Positions 20,630 through 29,975 of a stretch of DNA of 32,000 nt are shown piece by piece. The stretch's first letter is position 1. Every line of letters starts with the position of its first letter. The notes below the pieces were generated by a model. That model was not told the origin of the DNA and ran no database searches. It worked only from the letters and a program-made list of their open reading frames with translations. This DNA comes from Candidatus Saccharimonadota bacterium (lineage in GTDB: Bacteria; Pseudomonadota; Gammaproteobacteria; Enterobacterales; Enterobacteriaceae). Where the stretch lies: contig CP001817.1 of the NCBI GenBank assembly GCA_000217635.1, positions 300,001 through 332,000 of the forward strand, in the 5' to 3' direction. Position numbers and translations under genes: made by a program.

Positions 20630-20703
20630 TGGCTACGACGAGAATTGAACCCGTGACCTCAGCGTTATGAGTGCTGCGCTCTAACCTACTGAGCTACGTA
20701 GCC
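20630..20703 (-). tRNA. Elongator tRNA-Met (anticodon CAU), no encoded CCA
   Basis: The reverse complement is GGCTACGTAGCTCAGTAGGTTAGAGCGCAGCACTCATAACGCTGAGGTCACGGGTTCAATTCTCGTCGTAGCCA. The G1-C72 pair and the GGCTACG acceptor match E. coli metT, not initiator tRNA or tRNA-Ile2. The order Met-Leu-Gln next to glnS mirrors the E. coli metT-leuW-glnU operon. Confidence 0.9.
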
Positions 20704-20929
20704 GATATATTTATATATCCTTTATATTATAATATTACATGAATTTTATTAATTTACAACAAGAATTTATAGAAATAATTAAATATATAATAAAAATATT
20801 ATTTTTATAAAAACAATATATTAGTAAAATTAATTATAAAATACCTAATTTTAATAATACACTTATTAATATAATAAAAATTATTATTTATTAATAAAAA
20901 TATAATTTTATAGAAAAATAGGACATTGT

Positions 20930-22591
20930 ATGTCAATAAATATTCCAAAGGGTTTTATTAAAAAAAATATTATATCAATTTTTTTAAAATACCCAAACCA
21001 AAAAATATGCACACGATTTCCTCCTGAACCTAATGGTTATTTACATATCGGACATGCTAAAGCAATTATATTAAATTTTGGTATTGCACAAGAATATAAA
21101 GGCAATTGTTACCTACGGTTAGATGATACTAATCCAAGTAATGAAAAAATAAAATATGTTAAATCAATTAAAAAAGATATTAAATGGTTAGGATTTAAAT
21201 GGAATTCAAATGTTAAATATTCATCCGATTATTTTCAAATATTATATCAATATGCTATTAAATTAATTAAAAAAAATCTCGCTTATGTAGAACAATTAAA
21301 TCAAAAACAAATAAAAGAATATCGCGGATCTTTAATTGTTCCCGGAAGAAATAGTCCTTTTCGAAATCAGACAATAGAAGAAAATTTATTTTTATTTAAA
21401 AAAATGAAATTAGGTATTTTTCAACCAGGCTCAATGTGTTTAAGGGCGAAAATAAATATGGCTTCTGCAAATATCGTTATGAGAGATCCTGTTCTTTATC
21501 GTATAATTTTTAAAAAACATCATCAAACTAACTATGACTGGGTCATTTATCCTATGTATGACTTTACACATTGTATTGCAGACGCACTGGAAGGAATAAC
21601 TCACTCATTTTGTACTTTAGAATTTCAAGATAATAGACAATTATATAAATGGATTTTAAAAAAACTAGATTTTACTACAAAAATACCAAAACAATATGAA
21701 TTTTCAAAATTAAATTTAGAATATACAATATTATCTAAAAGAAAATTACAAAAATTAATTACCTCTAAACTTGTACATGGATGGGATGATCCTCGATTAT
21801 ATACATTGTCCGGTTTAAGAAATCGCGGATATACTCCTAACTCTATAAAAATATTTTGTAAAAAAATCGGATTTACTAAACAACAGAATACAATAGAATT
21901 GTCTTTATTAGAATCTTGCATTAAAAAAGATTTAGATCAAATATCACCTAGACGTATGGCTATACTTAATCCAATAAAAATAATCATCACTAATTTTCCT
22001 GACAATCATATAGAATATATACAAGCCCCAAATCATCCAAAAAATTTTAATATGGGTATTCGGAATATTATTTTTTCTAATGAATTATTCATTGAAAAAA
22101 ACGATTTTTCTACACATAATTTTGAAAAATATCAAGGATTAGAATTAGGAAAAAAAGTAAAATTACGCTATTCTTATGTTATAAAAGCATATCAAATAGT
22201 TACCGATAAACATAATAATGTAAAACATATTTTATGTAAATATTATCCAAATACTTTAGGAAAAAATATAAAAAAACAAAAAATTAACGGAATAATTCAT
22301 TGGTTATCTATAAAAAATATAATTCCCGTTACTTTTAATTTATTTGATCACTTATTTTTATCCAAATATCCGGAAAAAAACAAAAATCCTTTAAAAGAAT
22401 TTAATGTTAAATCATATATAAAAAAAAATGGTTTTGTAGAACAACAAGTGGAATCAGAAAAAATAAAACACGCATATCAATTTGAAAGAATTGGATACTT
22501 TTTCCGTAATAAACAAAATATATATGCTAAAAAAGAAATAATATTTAACCAAATTGTATCTTTAAAAAATAAATATAAAAAAAATAATTAA
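20930..22591 (+). CDS. glnS: Glutamine--tRNA ligase
   Basis: The 553-aa product (E. coli is 554 aa) contains TRFPPEPNGYLHIGHAK, LR.DDTNP, AYV..L....I.EYRG, MRDPVLYRI, IYPMYDFTHCI.DALEGITHS.CTLEFQDNR.LY.W, and the KMSKS-type LSKRKL. Confidence 0.97.
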   Translation: MSINIPKGFIKKNIISIFLKYPNQKICTRFPPEPNGYLHIGHAKAIILNFGIAQEYKGNCYLRLDDTNPSNEKIKYVKSIKKDIKWLGFKWNSNVKYSSDYFQILYQYAIKLIKKNLAYVEQLNQKQIKEYRGSLIVPGRNSPFRNQTIEENLFLFKKMKLGIFQPGSMCLRAKINMASANIVMRDPVLYRIIFKKHHQTNYDWVIYPMYDFTHCIADALEGITHSFCTLEFQDNRQLYKWILKKLDFTTKIPKQYEFSKLNLEYTILSKRKLQKLITSKLVHGWDDPRLYTLSGLRNRGYTPNSIKIFCKKIGFTKQQNTIELSLLESCIKKDLDQISPRRMAILNPIKIIITNFPDNHIEYIQAPNHPKNFNMGIRNIIFSNELFIEKNDFSTHNFEKYQGLELGKKVKLRYSYVIKAYQIVTDKHNNVKHILCKYYPNTLGKNIKKQKINGIIHWLSIKNIIPVTFNLFDHLFLSKYPEKNKNPLKEFNVKSYIKKNGFVEQQVESEKIKHAYQFERIGYFFRNKQNIYAKKEIIFNQIVSLKNKYKKNN

Positions 22592-22763
22592 AAAATTCAG
22601 AATCTTTCTTTTTAAAGTAAATATTTTATTAATTGATATTTATTTTATAATATATTATTATCATATATAATTATTTATATCATAAATATTTTTTGAATAT
22701 TACATTAATAATGAAATAAAAAAAATTTTTTAATAAATTATTAAAATTATAAAAAGGAATGAT

Positions 22764-24083
22764 ATGTCAAAAATAAAAAAAATAACAGCTAGAGAAATAT
22801 TAGATTCCAGGGGTTTTCCAACTATTGAAACAGAAGTACATTTATACAGCGGGCATTCAGGATGTGCCGCATCACCTTCTGGGGCATCAACAGGATCTAA
22901 AGAAGCATTAGAATTGCGTGATAATAATAAAAATCGATATTTTGGAAAAGGAGTTCAAAAAGCAATTTCTTATGTTAATAATAATATCTCTACTTTACTA
23001 ATTGAAAATATCGATTCAGAATATCAGAAAAAAATCGATGAACTTATGATAGAATCAGATGGAACTAATAATAAATCAAAATTTGGAGCCAATGCTATAT
23101 TATCGGTCTCATTAGCGGTAGCAAAAGCCACTGCATCTGAACAAAATATTCCATTTTATACCTATATTCAAAATATTAATAAAAATACAGAAAAAATAAC
23201 AATGCCATTACCTATGATCAATATTATAAACGGCGGAGTACATGCAAATAATAACATTGATATACAAGAATTTATGATTCAACCAATAGGTGCATACAAT
23301 ATAAAAGAAGCGATACGTATGGGGTCTGAAATTTTTCATATTTTAGGTAATCTATTAAAAGAAAAAGGTTTTTCTACTTGTGTAGGAGACGAAGGAGGAT
23401 ACGCTCCAAACTTAAAATCTAATGAAGATGCATTATCTATGATTTGCTTAGCTGTAGAAAAATCTAATTATCATTTAGGTACGGATATTACTATTGCAAT
23501 TGATTGTGCTGCATCCGAATTATATAATCCAAAAACAAAAAAATATCATTTATTTCATGAAAATAAAAAATTTGATTCAGCAGAATTTACAAATTATTTA
23601 GAAAGATTATGTAAAAAATATCCGATCGTATCTATAGAAGATGGTCAAGATGAAAATGATTGGAATGGATTTTTATACCAAACTAATTGTTTAGGAAATT
23701 TTATTCAATTAGTCGGAGATGATTTATTTGTAACAAATACAAAATTACTAAAATTAGGAATTGAAAAAAAAATTGCTAACGCGATATTAATTAAATTAAA
23801 TCAAATTGGTACATTGACAGAAACGTTATCAGCTATAAATATCGCTAAAAAAAATAAGTATACAACAATTATATCACATCGATCAGGAGAAACCGAAGAT
23901 ACTAGTATTTCTGATTTAGCTATTGGAACTTCTTCTAATCAAATAAAAACCGGTTCAATGTGTCGATCCGATCGTACCGCAAAATATAATCAATTAATTA
24001 GAATAGAAGAGGATCTGGAACATCAAAATACTCCTTTCTATCAATACCCAGAATTATCATTCTTCTTAAAAAACAAAAAATAA
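22764..24083 (+). CDS. eno: Enolase
   Basis: The 439-aa product contains [101 protein letters not shown] and [10 protein letters not shown]. An AAGGAA Shine-Dalgarno lies 5 nt upstream. Confidence 0.97.
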   Translation: MSKIKKITAREILDSRGFPTIETEVHLYSGHSGCAASPSGASTGSKEALELRDNNKNRYFGKGVQKAISYVNNNISTLLIENIDSEYQKKIDELMIESDGTNNKSKFGANAILSVSLAVAKATASEQNIPFYTYIQNINKNTEKITMPLPMINIINGGVHANNNIDIQEFMIQPIGAYNIKEAIRMGSEIFHILGNLLKEKGFSTCVGDEGGYAPNLKSNEDALSMICLAVEKSNYHLGTDITIAIDCAASELYNPKTKKYHLFHENKKFDSAEFTNYLERLCKKYPIVSIEDGQDENDWNGFLYQTNCLGNFIQLVGDDLFVTNTKLLKLGIEKKIANAILIKLNQIGTLTETLSAINIAKKNKYTTIISHRSGETEDTSISDLAIGTSSNQIKTGSMCRSDRTAKYNQLIRIEEDLEHQNTPFYQYPELSFFLKNKK

Positions 24084-24089
24084 TGAATA

Positions 24090-24120
24090 GGGGTTTTATA
24101 AACAAACCCCAAACTTTTAT
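24090..24120 (+). terminator. Rho-independent-type terminator after eno
   Basis: GGGGTTT (24090-24096) pairs with AAACCCC (24104-24110) across a 7-nt loop, 7 nt after the eno stop. A weak T-rich tail follows (AAACTTTTAT). Confidence 0.6.
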
Positions 24121-24354
24121 AATATTGAAAAATTATTTAATTTTTTTAAATTAAAAATATTTTTATTATTGAATAATATTAAATAATATTTAAAAAATTA
24201 AAATAAAACCGCCTTTTATATACAAAATAAATAAAATAATAAACATATATTTTTTCTTTAAAAAATTAAATATACTATTGTTCTATTAGAAAAAATAAAA
24301 TTTTTAAGAAGCCTATATAATAAAAAATCGATAATTAAAATATATGAGACGTAT

Positions 24355-26952
24355 ATGAATAAAAAAAAAATAATATTAATAGATGGTCATTTTTGTATGT
24401 ATAAAATATATTTTGCATACCCACCTTTACATAATAATATTGGTGAAACTACAACAATTTTATATGGCATGATTAAATTAATTAATTCAATAATAATAAA
24501 ATTTCAACCAGATAATATAATCATTATTTTTGATACACATACAAAAACATTTCGACATCAGTTATATAAAAAATATAAAGATAATCGACTATCTATTCCA
24601 AAAAAACTATTAAATCAAGTTAATCCATTAAAAAAAATTATTAAATTTATGGGTATCCCTATAATTTATATTAATAATTTTGAAGCTGATGATATCATTG
24701 GAACACTAAGTAATATATTTCAAAAAAAAAATTTTCATAATATAATTTATAGTGCTGATAAAGATATGGTTCAATTAATTAATAAAAATATTTTTGTAAA
24801 CCCCGGAAATATTAAAAAACTTCTAAAAAAAAAAGATATATATAAAATTTATGGAGTATACCCAAAATCAATAGCAGATTTTCTTAGTTTAGTAGGAGAT
24901 CCATCTGATAATATTCCTGGAGTAATTGGTATAGGTAAAAAAACAGCAGCAATATTACTAAAAAATTTTAATTCAATTAATAAAATCTATAATAATATAA
25001 AAAAAATAAAAAATTTACCTATCCGTGGAATTAAAAGAAAAATAGAATATTTAAAAATTGGTAAAAAAAACGCGTTTTTATCATATAATTTAACAAAAAT
25101 AAAAACAAACATTGATTTAAAATGTGATATTTCAACATTAAAATTAAATAAACCCAACACCAATATGTTAATTAAAGAATTTAAATATTACAAATTAACT
25201 CAATACTTAAATGAAATTCATAATAAAAAATTTCCAATTATAAATTTATATAAAAAATTAAAAATTTCTAAAAAAAGATATGAATTCATGTATAAAATAA
25301 TTGATAATATAAAAAAACTAAAAAATTATGTATCATTTAAAAAAAAAATATTTGTAATATCCTTACATTTAAAAAATATAGATTTTAATAATATGTCAAT
25401 ATGCGGATTAGTATTTTCAACTGAAAATAACAAACACTGGTATTGTTTAAACACCCCTAAACCTGCTAAAAAATCATCTTCTATTCTTAATATTCAAAGT
25501 ATTTTACATATCTTAAAACCAATATTAGAAAGCAATAAATATTTAAAAATTGGAAAAAATATAAAATTTATTTTTCATATTTTAAAAAAATATAATATTA
25601 CACTTCGAGGGATTATTTTTGATGTATTAATATTATATTATTTATTTAATCCCATATATACATTTTACATAGAGTTAAAAAACTTAATTCAAAAATATGA
25701 AAATAAGAATGAATATTCTAATCTAGATAAAATTATTAAAAATGCCAATCTATCTTACAAAATATTTATAAAAAGCAAAATTTATTTTAAAAAAGAAAAG
25801 AAACAAAAAATATTATTTGAATCAATTGATATACCCTTAATTAGTATACTAGCATCAATGGAAAACAACGGAATTCTTATAAAGAAAAAAATATTAAAAA
25901 ACAAAAAAAAAATAAATAATACAATTCATCAATTAAAAATTAATATATATAAAATAGTTGGTGAAAAATTTAATATTAATTCCACTAATACAATAAAAAA
26001 TATTTTATTTAATAAATATAAATTACCTATAATCAAAAAACAAAAAACGGAAAAATATTCTACAGACGAACAAGTACTCAAGATTTTATCTTCTCTTCAT
26101 CCGTTACCGAAAATTCTTTTACAATACCGAACTTTATATAAAATTCAAACAACTTATATAAATCAATTACCCAAAATGATTAATAAAATCACAGGACGTA
26201 TACATACTACATATAATCAGGATTTAACATCTACCGGACGACTTTCTTCTAGTAAACCAAACTTACAAAACATTCCTATAAGAACAAAGATCGGAAAAAA
26301 GATCAGAACAGCTTTTATTACAAAAAATAATTGGATTCTATTAACTGCAGATTATTCACAAATTGAATTACGAATTTTAGCTTATTATTCGCAAGATACA
26401 AAATTAATTACTGAATTATGTCAAAATAATGATTTACATTATGCTACTGCATCTAATATTTTTAAAATTAACGATATTACTAAAATTGATAAAAAACATC
26501 GAAATATAGGTAAAATAGTAAATTTTTCTATTATTTATGGTATTAGTTCATTTGGTTTATCTAAACAATTAAATATTAGTATATTGAAAGCAAAAAAATA
26601 TATAAAAAGATATTTTTATAAATATATTGAGGTAAAAAAATATATTGATACAATACATAAAAAAACAGAAAAAAAAGGTTATATAAAAACATTATTTTCA
26701 AGAAAAATATATGTTCCAAATATTAATTCAAAAAATAAAAAAATTAAAAATTCTGCAAAACGATTTTGTCTGAATGCACTTATACAGAGTACATCTGCAG
26801 ATATTATTAAAAAATCTATGATTGATATTTATTTAAAAATACAAGATAAATATCCCAACGATGCAAAATTAATTATGCAAATACATGATGAATTAATTTT
26901 TGAAATTCGAAAAGAAAAAAACAAAAAATTATATTTGATATTAAAAATTTAA
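24355..26952 (+). CDS. polA: DNA polymerase I, full three-domain architecture; as read 865 aa, with the last ~26 conserved codons in another frame (26952-27029)
   Basis: The 5' nuclease acidic residues are present (IDGHF, IFDTH, FEADDIIGT, SADKDM, GDPSDNIPGV). Polymerase motifs are present: A (TADYSQIELRILA), B (RNIGKIVNFSIIYG) and C (QIHDELIFE). The 3'-5' exonuclease motifs are degenerate (see finding). Confidence 0.95.
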   Translation: MNKKKIILIDGHFCMYKIYFAYPPLHNNIGETTTILYGMIKLINSIIIKFQPDNIIIIFDTHTKTFRHQLYKKYKDNRLSIPKKLLNQVNPLKKIIKFMGIPIIYINNFEADDIIGTLSNIFQKKNFHNIIYSADKDMVQLINKNIFVNPGNIKKLLKKKDIYKIYGVYPKSIADFLSLVGDPSDNIPGVIGIGKKTAAILLKNFNSINKIYNNIKKIKNLPIRGIKRKIEYLKIGKKNAFLSYNLTKIKTNIDLKCDISTLKLNKPNTNMLIKEFKYYKLTQYLNEIHNKKFPIINLYKKLKISKKRYEFMYKIIDNIKKLKNYVSFKKKIFVISLHLKNIDFNNMSICGLVFSTENNKHWYCLNTPKPAKKSSSILNIQSILHILKPILESNKYLKIGKNIKFIFHILKKYNITLRGIIFDVLILYYLFNPIYTFYIELKNLIQKYENKNEYSNLDKIIKNANLSYKIFIKSKIYFKKEKKQKILFESIDIPLISILASMENNGILIKKKILKNKKKINNTIHQLKINIYKIVGEKFNINSTNTIKNILFNKYKLPIIKKQKTEKYSTDEQVLKILSSLHPLPKILLQYRTLYKIQTTYINQLPKMINKITGRIHTTYNQDLTSTGRLSSSKPNLQNIPIRTKIGKKIRTAFITKNNWILLTADYSQIELRILAYYSQDTKLITELCQNNDLHYATASNIFKINDITKIDKKHRNIGKIVNFSIIYGISSFGLSKQLNISILKAKKYIKRYFYKYIEVKKYIDTIHKKTEKKGYIKTLFSRKIYVPNINSKNKKIKNSAKRFCLNALIQSTSADIIKKSMIDIYLKIQDKYPNDAKLIMQIHDELIFEIRKEKNKKLYLILKI

Positions 26953-27643
26953 TGGAAAATTGCGTTAATTTAAAAATTCCTTTACATGTTTCTATAAAAA
27001 CAGGAAAAAATTGGGGGAACGTAAAATAAAATTTATAATTTTTTATTAATTTTTTTCCACCATAAAGAAATTTTTTTTGTATTTGTAATATACCTACTTT
27101 TTTTAGAGATGAACATATAATAATATCTGAGAATATTCTTAATTTTTTAATTTTTATCTGTATATTTATATTTTTTATTATTATACTCTCTTGAATTTTA
27201 TCAGATTTAGTTAATATTATCATTAAAAATAATGATCTTTTTATTATATATTTTAAAATATATATATCTAGTACTTTTAAAGGAAATCGAATATCAGAAA
27301 GTAATAAAACACCTTTTAAGCATGATCTATTTTGAATATAATAAAGAAGATTATCTTTTATCAAACTATTATATTTATAACTAATTTTTGAATAACCATA
27401 CCCAGGAAGATCAACAATTCTAAAATTAGGAATTACTTCAAAAAAATTTATTAATCTTGTACGCCCTGGAGTCTTACTAATATATGCTAATTTTTTTTGA
27501 TTAGTTAATGCATTAATTATACTTGATTTACCAACGTTTGAATATCCTAATAAAGCAATTTCCGACCCAATACAATCAATCCATTCATTCGGGTATAAAC
27601 TACTTTTTAAAAAAAAAGTTTTATGATACAGTAATTTTTTCAA
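26873..27643 (-). CDS. engB: Ribosome-biogenesis GTPase EngB (YihA); the ORF as read carries a ~47-aa non-homologous C-terminal extension antisense to polA
   Basis: GYSNVGKSS.INALTNQK.LA..SKTPGRT.LINFFEV, VDLPGYGY, LLLSDIR.PLK, LTKSDK and SSLKK.G are colinear with E. coli EngB (210 aa). Homology ends around codon ~205 of 256. Confidence 0.9.
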   Translation of the reverse strand: MKKLLYHKTFFLKSSLYPNEWIDCIGSEIALLGYSNVGKSSIINALTNQKKLAYISKTPGRTRLINFFEVIPNFRIVDLPGYGYSKISYKYNSLIKDNLLYYIQNRSCLKGVLLLSDIRFPLKVLDIYILKYIIKRSLFLMIILTKSDKIQESIIIKNINIQIKIKKLRIFSDIIICSSLKKVGILQIQKKFLYGGKKLIKNYKFYFTFPQFFPVFIETCKGIFKLTQFSIKFLISNIIFCFFLFEFQKLIHHVFA

Positions 27644-27845
27644 AATTTTTTCTTCTTATTGTTATAATTTTTTTCAATCAAGATAATTAAAAAAATGTGA
27701 TATTTTTTATTAATTATTTTATAATATTTATTGTATTATATTTAAAATAATTTTAAAAAAAATAATTAAAATATTTACACATCATATCATATTAGGTTAG
27801 TTGAATAAAAATAAAAATCATTACTATACTATATTTGGATTCTCT

Positions 27846-29663
27846 ATGAAAAAAATGTTACGAAATATTGCTATTATAGCTCATGTAGATCATGGAAAAA
27901 CAACATTGCTAGATCAATTATTACAAAAATCCGGAACTTTTAAAAAACACGAAGAAAAAATAGATAGAATTATGGACTCCCATGAATTAGAAAAAGAAAG
28001 AGGAATCACAATTTCAGCTAAAAATACATCAATCGAATGGAATTCTTATCATATAAATATTATAGATACACCTGGACATGCAGATTTTGGCGGAGAAGTA
28101 GAAAGAATTTTATCTATGGTTGACTCAGTATTATTAGTTGTTGATGCATTTGAAGGTCCTATGCCACAAACAAGATATGTAACAAAAAAAGCATTTTCAT
28201 ACAATATTAAACCAATTGTAATAATCAATAAAATGGATAGACCTAATATTCGACCGGATTGGGTAATTAACCAAACATTTGATTTATTTGTCAATTTAAA
28301 TGCTAACAATGAACAATTGGATTTTCCTATTATTTATACTTCAGCATTACTTGGAACATCTGGTTATTATCCAGACAAAATGGAAGAAAATATGGATTCG
28401 TTATTTAAAACAATTGTTGAATTTACTCCAAAACCTAAAAAATATAACTCAAAATATTTACAAATGCAAATTTCTCAATTAGATTGGAACAATTATTTTG
28501 GTACTATTGGTATTGGAAAAATCACTAAAGGAATATTAAAAGTAAATCAAACTGTATCAATCCTAAGAAAAGAAAAAAAAATTTATACTGGCAAAATTAA
28601 TAAAATATTAAAATTTTACGGGTTAAAAAAAATAGAAATAAATAAAGCTGCTGCAGGAGATATAATAGCTATTACCGGTTTAAATGATATCAAAATCTCA
28701 GATACAATTTGTGACCCACTACATTTATCGCCATTACCTTCTCTCAAGATTGATTTACCAACTGTAAAGATGTTTTTTTGTGTAAATAAATCACCATTTT
28801 GTGGACAAGAAGGGAAGTATGTAACTTCTCGTCAAATTTTACAAAGATTAAAAAAAGAACAAATTCACAATGTTTCTTTAAAAGTAAAAGAGACAAAAGA
28901 TTCAAATGTATTTTCTGTGTCCGGAAGAGGTGAATTACATTTATCTATTTTATTAGAACAATTACGGAGAGAAAATTTTGAACTAGAAGTTTCAAGACCA
29001 AAAGTAATTCTAAAATACGAAAATAATCAAAAAAAAGAACCCTTTGAACTAGTATATCTAGATATTATAAATAAGCATCAAGGCAGTATAATGAAAAAAA
29101 ATAGGGGAATTACGCGGTACTATAAAAATATTACAAGTAATGAACAAGATAGAGTTCAAATAGAATGTATTTTATCTAGCCGTTCATTAATAGGTTTTCG
29201 AACTGATTTTATGAATCTAACATCTGGCAGTGGCACTTTCTTTTCTTCAGTTGATCATTATGGACCAATGCAAAATCATATAATTGGACAACGCAAAAAT
29301 GGCGTCCTAATCTCTAATGGTACTGGAGTAGCTGTTGCATTTGCTTTATATAACTTACAAAATAGAGGAAAATTTTTTTTAAAACATGCCGAAAAAGTAT
29401 ACGAGGGACAGATAATAGGAATACATAACCGATCTAATGATCTTACTGTAAATTGTTTAACTGGAAAAAAACTAACCAATATGAGAGCTTCAGGAACAGA
29501 TGAAGCAATTAATTTAACTCCTCCTATTAATATTACATTAGAATACGCATTAAATTTTGTTAATGATGACGAATTAATTGAAATAACACCTAAATCTATC
29601 CGTTTTAGAAAAATATATCTCACTGAAAGTGAAAGAAAAAAACACATACGTAATAATAAATAA
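27846..29663 (+). CDS. typA: Translational GTPase TypA/BipA
   Basis: From ATG 27846, MKKMLRNIAIIAHVDHGKTTL matches the E. coli BipA N-terminus (MIEKLRNIAIIAHVDHGKTTL). DTPGHADFGGEVER, NK.DRP, VSGRGELHLS.L.E..RRE.FEL.VSRPKV and LTGKKLTNMRASGTDEA are also present. The TTG at 27801 in the track adds 15 unsupported codons. Confidence 0.95.
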   Translation: MKKMLRNIAIIAHVDHGKTTLLDQLLQKSGTFKKHEEKIDRIMDSHELEKERGITISAKNTSIEWNSYHINIIDTPGHADFGGEVERILSMVDSVLLVVDAFEGPMPQTRYVTKKAFSYNIKPIVIINKMDRPNIRPDWVINQTFDLFVNLNANNEQLDFPIIYTSALLGTSGYYPDKMEENMDSLFKTIVEFTPKPKKYNSKYLQMQISQLDWNNYFGTIGIGKITKGILKVNQTVSILRKEKKIYTGKINKILKFYGLKKIEINKAAAGDIIAITGLNDIKISDTICDPLHLSPLPSLKIDLPTVKMFFCVNKSPFCGQEGKYVTSRQILQRLKKEQIHNVSLKVKETKDSNVFSVSGRGELHLSILLEQLRRENFELEVSRPKVILKYENNQKKEPFELVYLDIINKHQGSIMKKNRGITRYYKNITSNEQDRVQIECILSSRSLIGFRTDFMNLTSGSGTFFSSVDHYGPMQNHIIGQRKNGVLISNGTGVAVAFALYNLQNRGKFFLKHAEKVYEGQIIGIHNRSNDLTVNCLTGKKLTNMRASGTDEAINLTPPINITLEYALNFVNDDELIEITPKSIRFRKIYLTESERKKHIRNNK

Positions 29664-29892
29664 AAAGAAAAAGAAAATTATGATTATTATTCATTTATTA
29701 ATATAAATATTAATAAATTAATAAAAAAATTTAAAAAAATAATTTCTTTGTAATAATTAAAAATTATTAATAAATACAATAAATATATATAAATATATAT
29801 TATGTATTAAGAAATCAAAGAATAATATTATATATTTAATTTTTATTAATTATATTGTTTTTTATAAACTATGTTTTTATATAATTTATTAG

Positions 29893-29951
29893 TAAGGCAT
29901 TCATATATTTTTTATAATCTTATCATTATACAGTAATATATAAATGCCTTA
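29893..29951. terminator. Long imperfect hairpin between convergent typA and ygfZ
   Basis: TAAGGCATTCATATAT (29893-29908) pairs with ATATATAAATGCCTTA (29936-29951). That is 15 of 16 bp with one C/A mismatch, across a 27-nt AT loop. No clean U-tract follows on either strand. Confidence 0.4.
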
Positions 29952-29975
29952 TATAATCAAAACATTAAAAATTTT

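Noticed and set aside
21625-21921. A 98-aa minus-strand ORF inside glnS
   Set aside because: It is an antisense shadow ORF within a strongly supported gene.
28049-29647. Track ORFs 28049..28309 (-), 28300..28482 (+) and 29276..29647 (-) inside typA
   Set aside because: They are off-frame or antisense ORFs within typA and have no family resemblance.
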